This document shows positions 19,828 to 28,466 of a DNA stretch of 61,934 nt, one piece after another. Source of the DNA: a virus (taxonomy: Duplodnaviria; Caudoviricetes). The DNA is taken from IMG/VR virus record IMGVR_UViG_3300022309_000006, positions 1 to 61,934 of that record; one strand, 5' to 3'. The translations under genes were made by a program, and so were the position numbers. The notes under the pieces are model-generated. The model was not told the origin of the DNA. It ran no database searches and worked only from the letters and a program-made list of their open reading frames with translations. Position 1 is the stretch's first letter, and each line of letters opens with the position of its first letter.

Positions 19828-22015
19828 CGACGGGACGACCTACGCCAACCGCTGGCAGACAGTGATCAGCGGCGCGACCGCGGCGCGGATTGCCCCCGGC
19901 GATACCATCCGGATCATCGGGAGTCCGCCCAAGACCAACACGGGCGTCGATGCGACCTGGACCAACGGGACGAGCGCCATCACACTCTCCACGGCGCTGA
20001 ACGCCCTGATCACCGATTGCGAAACGGCCTGGACCGGATCTGCGAACGTCACCGCCACGGCCTCCACGTCGTTTGTGACCGGCACCCGCTCGTGCTCTTT
20101 GGCGATCGCCGCCGGATTCACCACCGGCAAGGTGGCGTATTTCGACCTGGGGAGCAGCCAGGACTACTCCGGCTACCAGGGCATCACGTTCTGGTTTCAG
20201 TACAGCGCGACGATCGCCTCCGGGGCGCTGGACATTAAGCTCTGTTCAGACGCCACCGGCGACACCGTGGTCGACACCATCGCGCTGCCCGCCCAGACGA
20301 GCGGCAAGACCTCGGTCTGGTTCCCGGTGTACCTCGACAAAGGCTCGGCGCTTGGGTCCTCGATCCGCTCCATCGCCATCTACGCGAACACCGACCCCGG
20401 GACCCTGACGATCCTGCTGGACAACATCAGCACCGTGAAGGCCAAAGGGAGCAGCCAGACCGATAACCTGAACCTCACATCCCTGGTGAGCAAGAACACG
20501 ACCGGCGAACTGTGGTACGCCCTACGGTCGATCAATGGGACCGCCGTGGGGTTCGATAACGGCACCCGGACGAGTGGCGCGTTTAGCGCCGTGGCGGGCT
20601 GGTACGGAACCTCCGAGACCGTCGCGCTCTACAAATGGGAGACCGTGAAGTACCCCAACACCGTCGGGCTCCTCGGCACGCAAATCTCCGTGCAGGACAG
20701 CGGCTCCGTCGGGTTGCCCATCACGTTCAGCGGCGGATGGAATCGCTCCGACATGACCTACCAGGATTCAGAATCCTGGCTCGACGGGAGCATCCACACG
20801 ATCGGCTGGTCGATGAACAACAAAAACTACATCACGCTGGAGAAGATCAACCTGTGCCGGTGGTACTACGGGCTGCAAGCGAACGGGGACCACACCACAG
20901 TGTCAGGGCCGATGCGGATGGCGGCGATGAATTTCTATGGAGTCCTGACGATCGGAGACAACCTCCAATTCGATGCCGTGGAAGTCGCGCTGTCGCTCGG
21001 CACCGCAATCCATATCAATGGATCCACCAAATGCAGCTTAGGCGACGTGACGACGAACGCCGTCGGGAGCAGCAATGTCGCCATCTACATGGCAACCAAG
21101 TCCTTCATGACGAAGTTCGGCGCGGTAAAGTTATTCGGCACGAACTCCGGCTCTGCCCTGCATTGCTTCATCAATCAGCTCCGCGTCAAGATGGCTAGCC
21201 TTGAGATCCGCAACACCAGTGGCGTCGGCCTGTATGTCAGCAGCGCCACCAATTGCTTCGCCAGCTTCGAACTTGGCGACGTGACGATCACGGGCGGCAC
21301 AAGCCATGGGGTGAGTCTGGTCCGCTCCGCAATCGAGAACTGGCGGATCAAATCCTTGACCTGCCAGAACAATACTGGGTCGGGCGTCTCGGGCTCAATC
21401 GGCGGAATCCGGACGGTCATCGGATCCTTGACGACCTCCGGGAACAACGCCGGGCTCACCAATGGCGCTTCCACCGAGGTCCTGGGCAATGCGCGGATTC
21501 TCGTCACGTCCATGACCGACTCAACGCCTCGCTCTGCCAGCTCCGCTTATGTGGGCCGGGTGCCCTTGCGCCTCGGAACCTACCTGGGAGGCGCGGAGCG
21601 GATCGAGTACGGGCAGAACCAATGCCAGATCACGTCCGAGAGCGGGGCCAACCGGCACACCGCGAGCGGCCTCGGGTGGAAATTCACCGTCGCCGATGCC
21701 ACCGAGATCACCGCGACCTACCCCATCCGCCACCGGCTCGCCCGGATGTTTTGCAAGGCGAGCAGCCAAGTGACGGTCCGGCTGTGGGTCAACCGGAGCA
21801 ACACCGCCATCACGGCCAAGCTGGTGGTCCCGGGCGGCCAAATCGCCGGGGTGCCGAGCGACGTGGTCGATACCTCGGTAGCGACAGCCTCGACCTGGGA
21901 GGAGCTGGAGGTGTTGTTCACCCCCAGCGAAGCCGGGATGGTGGAGGCCGAGCTGTGGGGCTACGGCGGGTCGAGCCATCACTTCTATTTTGACGACATG
22001 ACGATCACCCAGTAA
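19784..22015 (+). CDS. tail spike/receptor-binding protein, beta-helix-like (paralog 1)
   Basis: 743 aa; YLD.EGGND.NDG N-terminus; central beta-helix-like region. Confidence 0.7.
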   Translation: MATFYLDPEGGNDGNDGTTYANRWQTVISGATAARIAPGDTIRIIGSPPKTNTGVDATWTNGTSAITLSTALNALITDCETAWTGSANVTATASTSFVTGTRSCSLAIAAGFTTGKVAYFDLGSSQDYSGYQGITFWFQYSATIASGALDIKLCSDATGDTVVDTIALPAQTSGKTSVWFPVYLDKGSALGSSIRSIAIYANTDPGTLTILLDNISTVKAKGSSQTDNLNLTSLVSKNTTGELWYALRSINGTAVGFDNGTRTSGAFSAVAGWYGTSETVALYKWETVKYPNTVGLLGTQISVQDSGSVGLPITFSGGWNRSDMTYQDSESWLDGSIHTIGWSMNNKNYITLEKINLCRWYYGLQANGDHTTVSGPMRMAAMNFYGVLTIGDNLQFDAVEVALSLGTAIHINGSTKCSLGDVTTNAVGSSNVAIYMATKSFMTKFGAVKLFGTNSGSALHCFINQLRVKMASLEIRNTSGVGLYVSSATNCFASFELGDVTITGGTSHGVSLVRSAIENWRIKSLTCQNNTGSGVSGSIGGIRTVIGSLTTSGNNAGLTNGASTEVLGNARILVTSMTDSTPRSASSAYVGRVPLRLGTYLGGAERIEYGQNQCQITSESGANRHTASGLGWKFTVADATEITATYPIRHRLARMFCKASSQVTVRLWVNRSNTAITAKLVVPGGQIAGVPSDVVDTSVATASTWEELEVLFTPSEAGMVEAELWGYGGSSHHFYFDDMTITQ

Positions 22016-22021
22016 GGAACC

Positions 22022-24178
22022 ATGGCGACATACTATCTTGACTACGAAGGCGGGAACGACGGGAACGACGGCACCACGTTTGCGAACCGCTGGAAAACCT
22101 TTAACAATGGGGCCACGGCCGCCCGGATCGCTCCTAACGACACCATCCGGGTGATGGGCACCCCACCACCCGATTCGCTCGGCGTCAACGCCACCTTCAC
22201 GAACGACAGCAATACCATCGTGCTCGCGTCCGCCCTGACGAAGCTCGTCACCGACTGCGACTCGAACTGGACGGCCTCCACGAACGTCACCTGCACGCTC
22301 GGCACTTCTCCCCGGGCCAGCGGTACCAATGTGGTGTCGGTGGCGGTCGCTGCAGGATTCACGACCGGCAAGATCGCCTACTTCGGCCTGGGCGCCTCGA
22401 CCGATTTCTCGTCCTACCAGGGCCTCACGTTCTGGATGACCACCACCGCGACGATCAGTGCGTCGAACATCTCGCTGCGGCTCTGCTCCGACACGACCGG
22501 CACCACGGCCGTCGACACGCTCTACATCCCGGCCCAAGCCGCGAGTTCACTGTCGATGATCGGCGTGTACATCGACAAAGGGTCGGCCCTCGGCGCGGCG
22601 ATCCAGAGCATTGCGCTCTACGCCGACAGTGACCCCGGCACCGTCACGATGACGTTCGACAACATCAACGCCACCGGCGCGGCGGGCGCCACCTGCCTCC
22701 ATCTCAATACCTTGATCGGGAAGAACGTCACGGGCGACGGCTGGTATGGCATCCGGGCGATCAGCGGGACAACCGTCACGATCGACACCGCCAACGTCAA
22801 AGGGTTCACCCCCGCCAACAGCGCCAAGGGCTACTACGGGACCACCGAAACGGTGGCGGCCTACAAGCTCACGCCCGTCACGATCGCGTCCACCAACGAT
22901 CTCACCATCCAGGACAGCGGGACCGCCGGATCCCTGATTACCTTCAGCGGCGGATGGAACCGGACCGACATGAGCACCCAAACGCTGGAAACCTGGTACG
23001 CCCCAGCCAGAGAAAACTCTCTCAACGGCATCACGGTCAGCTCCCGCAGCTTCGTGCGGGTCGACAACATCCATCTGTGGCGATTCAGTGCAGCCTATAA
23101 CGCGGTCGGTGCCGAAAACTGCGAAATCGGCTCCATGCAGCTCGTTCACTGCACGACGATGTTGAACCTGAATAACTGTGCCCACCTCACGATCGACACC
23201 TTGCTCGCCATCGGCTGCCAGTCAAGCCGCACCGCTGCCGCATGCCGCGGCGCCCGGATCACCAACCTGACGTGTCGCAACCATGGCTACACCGGGGCGG
23301 ATAGCTGCTGGCAGACCAGCACCACCGTGCATAACGACGACGACTGGCGCATCGACACCCTCACGGTGCGGGGCTGTGCGGGCTATGCCGTGGAGGTGGC
23401 CTATGGGACCGTCTGCCGACGGCTCTACATCAAGACGCTGGACGCGAAATATTGCACCCCGACGAGTTATGCGGCGGTGAATTTGGATCGCGGCCTGGAC
23501 GACTACCGGATCGACAGCCTAAGCGCCACCGACGGCACCGTCGGGGTGTATTTTGGCGGCGGCTATGGGTCGGTCGGGACACTCACGACCTCCGGGAACA
23601 GCACCGGCGGCGTGCGGGTCGGGACCGAAGCGAGCGGCTTCCTCACCGGCATCCATCGGGTGAACAACACCAGCCTGACCGACACGACCCCCGTGGTGGC
23701 GAACGTCTGGAGCCCCGGGGACGGCTGGGTGCATTTTGGGAAATGGGGCGGGAGCAGCACGGATCACCGGAGCTATTACGATGGGAGCGGTGCCTTCATG
23801 GCGGCCGAGGCCGGGATCAATCGCCACACCGCCAGCGGGCTCGGCTGGCGGATCGATTGCCTCAACGCGAACTACGACAGCGACTTCCCGGTGATGTTTC
23901 GGCTGGCCGAACTGGTGCTCGAGAAGGACGTGGCCTCCACGCTCAAGCTATTTGTGAAGCGGAGCAGCACGACCATCCAAGCTCGGCTGCGGGTCTTGGG
24001 CTGGGAGGTGCCGGGCATTCCTGATGACGTTTCGACGACCGCCGTCCAGACGCCCGGGACCTGGGAGGAACTGAGCCTGAGCGTCACGCCCACCGCCCAC
24101 GGGGTGCTGACGGTTCTGCTGGACGTCTGGGGCGGCGCGACCTCCAGCGTGTACTTTGACGACTTCACGGTGAGCTGA
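22022..24178 (+). CDS. tail spike/receptor-binding protein, beta-helix-like (paralog 2)
   Basis: 718 aa; shares the N-terminal ~300 aa and C-terminal NRHTASGLGW...TWEEL...YFDD with paralog 1. Confidence 0.7.
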   Translation: MATYYLDYEGGNDGNDGTTFANRWKTFNNGATAARIAPNDTIRVMGTPPPDSLGVNATFTNDSNTIVLASALTKLVTDCDSNWTASTNVTCTLGTSPRASGTNVVSVAVAAGFTTGKIAYFGLGASTDFSSYQGLTFWMTTTATISASNISLRLCSDTTGTTAVDTLYIPAQAASSLSMIGVYIDKGSALGAAIQSIALYADSDPGTVTMTFDNINATGAAGATCLHLNTLIGKNVTGDGWYGIRAISGTTVTIDTANVKGFTPANSAKGYYGTTETVAAYKLTPVTIASTNDLTIQDSGTAGSLITFSGGWNRTDMSTQTLETWYAPARENSLNGITVSSRSFVRVDNIHLWRFSAAYNAVGAENCEIGSMQLVHCTTMLNLNNCAHLTIDTLLAIGCQSSRTAAACRGARITNLTCRNHGYTGADSCWQTSTTVHNDDDWRIDTLTVRGCAGYAVEVAYGTVCRRLYIKTLDAKYCTPTSYAAVNLDRGLDDYRIDSLSATDGTVGVYFGGGYGSVGTLTTSGNSTGGVRVGTEASGFLTGIHRVNNTSLTDTTPVVANVWSPGDGWVHFGKWGGSSTDHRSYYDGSGAFMAAEAGINRHTASGLGWRIDCLNANYDSDFPVMFRLAELVLEKDVASTLKLFVKRSSTTIQARLRVLGWEVPGIPDDVSTTAVQTPGTWEELSLSVTPTAHGVLTVLLDVWGGATSSVYFDDFTVS

Positions 24179-25236
24179 TGCCGATTGCCCAGAACCAAAC
24201 GACACTCGACTACCATTCCGCGGGCTATCCGTTCGTCCTAGTCCCGGCCTCCACGACCCTCGACCTGGACGGCCTCGACTATACCGACGGCGGCGCCCCG
24301 ATCTTTGCCAGCCTGGGGGAGATTTCCACCAGCGTGCTGCGGTCGACCCAGGTGGTCACTGAATACCTGCGGGACGCCACCGATGCAGGCGGCGGCAATT
24401 TGCGCTCGACTGAAGTCGCCACCGAATGGCTGATCCTGGGCAGCGAGACGGTCTACGTCACCGAGTTTGTGAAGGAACGCCTGAGCCGCTCGGTTCCGAT
24501 CGCCATCCTGGGCAAGAGCTGGATGGTGTTCGACGACGACAACCACCTGGACATTTATGCGAGCTACGGCCCCGCCCCGACGAGCGCCGCCGATGACTAC
24601 GCGGTGCTGAACGGCACCAACCTGGCGCTGTGGGGCGACGAGATCCTGGGATACCGGGACGTGACGAGCCTGGGCGGGAGCCTATACCGGCTGACCCACC
24701 TGCTCCGCGGCCGCTACGGCACCGAATGGGCCATGAACACCCACCGGACCGGGGATCGATTTATCCTGCTGACCACCACGACGGTCGGGCGCATCACGCA
24801 GACCACCACCGACATCGGCGCCCTCCGGTATTACCGCGCCGTGACGAGCGGGCAACTCGTCTCCCAGGCCACGACCCGCGGCTTCACGCACTACGGCGCC
24901 GGGCTTAAACCTTACGCGCCGTGCTTCGTGCAAGGCAGCCGGGACGGCTCGGACAACCTCACGATTACCTGGTACCGCCGGAGCCGGATCAACGCGGAGT
25001 GGCGGGACGCGATCGACGTGCCGATCGGCGAGACCACCGAGAGCTACGAGGTGGACATCCTGGACGGCGCCGGGGCGGTCGTCCGGACCTTGACGGACCT
25101 GGCGACACCGACCGCGGCCTATTCCGCGGCGGACCAGACTACCGACTTCGGCGCGCCGCAGAGCTTGATTGTGGTGGTGGTGTATCAACTCAGCGGCGTG
25201 GTGGGCCGCGGCTACGGCACCACCGTGGCGGTGTAG
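24178..25236 (+). CDS. J/megatron C-terminal part fused behind a ~110-aa unrelated N-terminus
   Basis: AVLNG.NLALWGDEI, YRLTHLLRGRYGTE, GL.PYAP, ITW.RRSR, E..E.YEVDI, YQLS..VGRG. Confidence 0.82.
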   Translation: MPIAQNQTTLDYHSAGYPFVLVPASTTLDLDGLDYTDGGAPIFASLGEISTSVLRSTQVVTEYLRDATDAGGGNLRSTEVATEWLILGSETVYVTEFVKERLSRSVPIAILGKSWMVFDDDNHLDIYASYGPAPTSAADDYAVLNGTNLALWGDEILGYRDVTSLGGSLYRLTHLLRGRYGTEWAMNTHRTGDRFILLTTTTVGRITQTTTDIGALRYYRAVTSGQLVSQATTRGFTHYGAGLKPYAPCFVQGSRDGSDNLTITWYRRSRINAEWRDAIDVPIGETTESYEVDILDGAGAVVRTLTDLATPTAAYSAADQTTDFGAPQSLIVVVVYQLSGVVGRGYGTTVAV

Positions 25237-25944
25237 ATGGGGATGCGGAAAGGGCAATACGTGGGCCCACGCGAACCGCGGCCGGTCGCCGACCAGCTCG
25301 CGCAGAAGATCTTTCTCAAGACCTGCGAGACCTGCGGCTACCATGTGCCGAAGGAGCAAGAGGTGGAGGCTGGCCGGATGATTCCGTGCTCGCCCTACCA
25401 TGTGCGCTGCGTGCGCTGCACCTGGCCGGTCGCCAAGACGCTCGTGAGCCTCGAGGGGCTCTGCTACAGCTGCATGTCAGGGAACGCCCGGCGCGAATAC
25501 AACCGCAAGAGCGGACGGCGGCTCTACGGCGAGGCCGACGGGAGCACCGACCCGGCCGATTACCTGATGAACGGCCGGATGACGATCCACGGCGACGAAG
25601 CCGACCTACTGGAACAGCGGCGGGCCGATTCGCATGTGATCACCCGGGCGGTCCAGCGGGCCCGGGCGGCGGCCTACCCGGAGCGGATCCCCAGGACCCC
25701 GCCGATCACCCTCCGCCCCCCGCGGGACGGGGACCGGTATCAGAAAGGGCAATGCCAATATCCGAAGTGCCCGGAGAAAGCCGTGAACAAAGATTATTGT
25801 TCCTCGCGGTGCCGGATGACGCACCGTTGGGAGCATTTCAAAGCCATGCAGGACGCCACAAAGGAGCCACCCGATGCCGACATCCCCGAATCTCCTGATC
25901 GACCACATTGTCCAGAGCCAGTACCAGAAAGAAGTTACGGCTAA
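25237..25944 (+). CDS. Cys-rich Zn-binding hypothetical protein
   Basis: CETC, CVRC, CYSC, CQYPKC...YCSSRC. Confidence 0.55.
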   Translation: MGMRKGQYVGPREPRPVADQLAQKIFLKTCETCGYHVPKEQEVEAGRMIPCSPYHVRCVRCTWPVAKTLVSLEGLCYSCMSGNARREYNRKSGRRLYGEADGSTDPADYLMNGRMTIHGDEADLLEQRRADSHVITRAVQRARAAAYPERIPRTPPITLRPPRDGDRYQKGQCQYPKCPEKAVNKDYCSSRCRMTHRWEHFKAMQDATKEPPDADIPESPDRPHCPEPVPERSYG

Positions 25945-26560
25945 TACGGCCTTCAACGCCCTGGAGACCGCGATCACCTCGGAGGCGTCGGTGGCGATCG
26001 GCGGCACCGGCGACTACACCCTGTCGTTGACCGAAATGCGGCACGCCGTGCTGCAGCTGACCGGCACGTTGACCGGCAACCGAAACCTGCTGGTCCCGAA
26101 CCGGGACAAACTGTACATCGTCCACAACGCGACGACCGGCGCCTTCACCGTGACGGTCAAGACCTCGGCCGGGACCGGGATCGTGGTGGAACAGGGCTTT
26201 AAGTCCCTGGTGTACTGCGACGGGACGAACGTCCTGGAATTCACCGGCCCCCCGACGCAACCCGCCCGGACCGTGACGGGCTCGGTGACGATCCGGATCA
26301 CCGACCGGATCATTTACTGCGACGCCACCGGCGGGAACGTCATCGCCACGCTGCCGAGCGCGGCCACCAGCATCGGGCGAACTTTTTTGTTTATTCGTAT
26401 TGATTCCTCTGCGAATACCTGTACGATCCAGCGCGCTGGCGGCGACGACATCAATAACGCCGCGACGAGCAAGACCATCACCAACACGATCGGCACCGGC
26501 CTGCAGGTGGTGGGCTACAGCTCGAGCCGCTTCCTAGCCCAAACCTTGACGGCCGCGTAA
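25874..26560 (+). CDS. tail fibre protein with DUF2793-like N-terminus
   Basis: MPTSPNL...SQ.QKEVT.N.A; LTGTLTGNR; DATGGNV..TLP. Confidence 0.7.
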   Translation: MPTSPNLLIDHIVQSQYQKEVTANTAFNALETAITSEASVAIGGTGDYTLSLTEMRHAVLQLTGTLTGNRNLLVPNRDKLYIVHNATTGAFTVTVKTSAGTGIVVEQGFKSLVYCDGTNVLEFTGPPTQPARTVTGSVTIRITDRIIYCDATGGNVIATLPSAATSIGRTFLFIRIDSSANTCTIQRAGGDDINNAATSKTITNTIGTGLQVVGYSSSRFLAQTLTAA

Positions 26561-26571
26561 CAGGAGGCTGC

Positions 26572-27096
26572 GTGACGCCCGAGGAATTGACCAAGATCGG
26601 GCCTTGGTTTCGAGCTGGCGAACGGTATCTGAACGGGACCCCGGTGTCCTGGCACGCCGTGTCGTTCCCAACGATGCAGGCGCTGGTCCAGCTCCGGGAA
26701 CTTCTGGATTCCCGGATCCTGCTGATCCGTGGGCCCCACCCGGACCCCGACGGCACCAAGCCCTACAAACAGACCGCCATCGATGCCTGCGCGCCCGACG
26801 TGAGCTTAGCCACCGTCACGATGGCGCTGTTCCGCCTGCAGGGCGTCTCGTTCGGGGTGTATTCCGGCAACAGCTTCCACCTCGACAGCCGCCCGTTCAC
26901 GACCTACCCGGCCCGTTGGATGGCCCTCAAGACGTATGAGGAGCCCTATCTCGCGGAGCACCAGCTGCAGCCCCTGATCACGTCCCGGGCTGACGGCTGG
27001 ATTTACCTCGCCTGGAGCCACCCGCGCAGCTACGAGGCTTTAACACTGGTGCTGTCGCTGGCCCGGAAGCAGGCGACGCCAACCGCGGAGGTGTGA
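26572..27096 (+). CDS. putative endolysin, peptidase M15-like
   Basis: L.QLRE...I...AID...GVY...FHLDSR....RW; first gene of the lysis region; AGGAGG RBS. Confidence 0.55.
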   Translation: MTPEELTKIGPWFRAGERYLNGTPVSWHAVSFPTMQALVQLRELLDSRILLIRGPHPDPDGTKPYKQTAIDACAPDVSLATVTMALFRLQGVSFGVYSGNSFHLDSRPFTTYPARWMALKTYEEPYLAEHQLQPLITSRADGWIYLAWSHPRSYEALTLVLSLARKQATPTAEV

Positions 27097-27102
27097 TGCC
27101 GC

Positions 27103-27462
27103 ATGGAACTACGACCATCCGACCCGATCCATCCCCAATGCACGATGGTGGAGCGCCTCCTGGTAGAGAAAATCGAGGGCGTCAGGCAGAACGCCGACGC
27201 GGCCCGCGTGAACGGCGAGGCCATCCGCAAGGAACTCGACCGGCACGTCAGCACGATCTGGAAGGAAATGCGAACGGAACTCGCGGCCCTCTCGAAGCAG
27301 CTGGCGGACCACGCCAAAGACGACAGCGACGCCATGCACACGATCGAGACGCAACTGCTGTCCCGGGTGCCCGCCTGGGCCCTGACGACCATGACGGTCG
27401 GGGCGTCGGTGATTGGCGCCATGGCGATGTACATCCTGGACCACCTCAAAGCCCATCCCTAA
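27103..27462 (+). CDS. coiled-coil protein with C-terminal TM (holin/antiholin-like)
   Basis: Helical N-terminus, hydrophobic WALTTMTVGASVIGAMAMYI. Confidence 0.6.
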   Translation: MELRPSDPIHPQCTMVERLLVEKIEGVRQNADAARVNGEAIRKELDRHVSTIWKEMRTELAALSKQLADHAKDDSDAMHTIETQLLSRVPAWALTTMTVGASVIGAMAMYILDHLKAHP

Positions 27463-27481
27463 CCAGAAAGGAGATCTTCCG

Positions 27482-27937
27482 ATGATGGCAAACCCATCCT
27501 TTGACCGGAACGAATGGCGACCCGCGTGCGGCTTGATGCAAATCATTTTGAGCTTGCTTCTTCTGGCGGCGCTCGTCGGGCTGGTGTTTGGGCTTTCCCT
27601 GAAAGCCTACGCGCAAGGCGCCCCCCTCGAGCCGCCCAACAGGCTCGATGCCCGGAGCATCCTGCACACCTTGATTCCGGTGCTGTGGGCCAGCATGGGC
27701 CCGCTCGTGATGGCAGCGTTGACCAAGGGCGTGAACCAGCTGTCCGGCCGGTACGTCCCGCGATCCCTGCAGGTGATCCTGTCGGGCCTGTTGGGCGCCA
27801 TCGGCGCGGGCTTCGCTGACGGCGGCGCCACCGTGGCGGCCACCGCGCTCGCCGGGAGCGCCACCCAGGTGTACGCGGGCGTGGCCCCCGAGACGCTCCG
27901 CACCTCGAACACGCCGCCCGCCGCCCCCGGGGCTTGA
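27482..27937 (+). CDS. multi-TM membrane protein, putative holin
   Basis: AAGGAG RBS, several hydrophobic segments. Confidence 0.55.
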   Translation: MMANPSFDRNEWRPACGLMQIILSLLLLAALVGLVFGLSLKAYAQGAPLEPPNRLDARSILHTLIPVLWASMGPLVMAALTKGVNQLSGRYVPRSLQVILSGLLGAIGAGFADGGATVAATALAGSATQVYAGVAPETLRTSNTPPAAPGA

Positions 27938-28014
27938 TGGAGGGGCTCATGCTTGGGCTGTTGATTTTGATCATGGCGGTCACGGTGACGACCCTCTGGT
28001 TCGGCCGCGACTGA
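27937..28014 (+). CDS. 25-aa single-TM peptide
   Basis: MEGLMLGLLILIMAVTVTTLWFGRD; TGATG coupling. Confidence 0.4.
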   Translation: MEGLMLGLLILIMAVTVTTLWFGRD

Positions 28015-28030
28015 CCACCCCGGAGGATCC

Positions 28031-28279
28031 ATGTGGGAGAAAGCCTTGGTCGCCTTGGTCGTGGGGATCCTGCAGTACCTGATGGGCCGACACGACCAGC
28101 GGAACGCCGCGAAGGCCGAGGTGTACCGGGACCTCTGGATACGCGCGCAGGAGGCCTATGAGTGGAAACAGCAGGCTGCCGTGGCTGCTGACGGCGGCGC
28201 TACTTTGCGGGTGCAGCCCGGGGCTGGGCGGATCGAACTACCGCGTGACGGTGCCGGTCCTGACGGCCCCCCCGCTTGA
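28031..28279 (+). CDS. i-spanin-like protein
   Basis: N-terminal TM then helical segment; GGAGG RBS. Confidence 0.6.
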   Translation: MWEKALVALVVGILQYLMGRHDQRNAAKAEVYRDLWIRAQEAYEWKQQAAVAADGGATLRVQPGAGRIELPRDGAGPDGPPA

Positions 28280-28466
28280 CCACCGCTGCCTGGTGAACGA
28301 TCAACCGAGCACCTGTACCTGTTTTCTGAAGGGAGACGCCACGCTATTAATTCGGGAATTGAAGGCGGCCTGCCGGGCCGCCGGAGGCACGGAGGACGCA
28401 TGCCAAACGACTACCCCCCCATCCCCGCCAGGTACGCATGGCTCACCGCCACCCTCATCCTACTGA
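28158..28466 (+). CDS. o-spanin-like lipoprotein overlapping i-spanin
   Basis: Signal with lipobox LCGC, Pro/Cys-rich mature part, +1 frame overlap, AGGAGG RBS. Confidence 0.62.
   Translation: MSGNSRLPWLLTAALLCGCSPGLGGSNYRVTVPVLTAPPLDHRCLVNDQPSTCTCFLKGDATLLIRELKAACRAAGGTEDACQTTTPPSPPGTHGSPPPSSY

Noticed and set aside
18289-24510. Self-splicing intron, intein or diversity-generating retroelement explaining the split J gene and spike paralogs
   Set aside because: No reverse transcriptase, homing endonuclease, intein motifs or adenine-specific TR/VR pair seen
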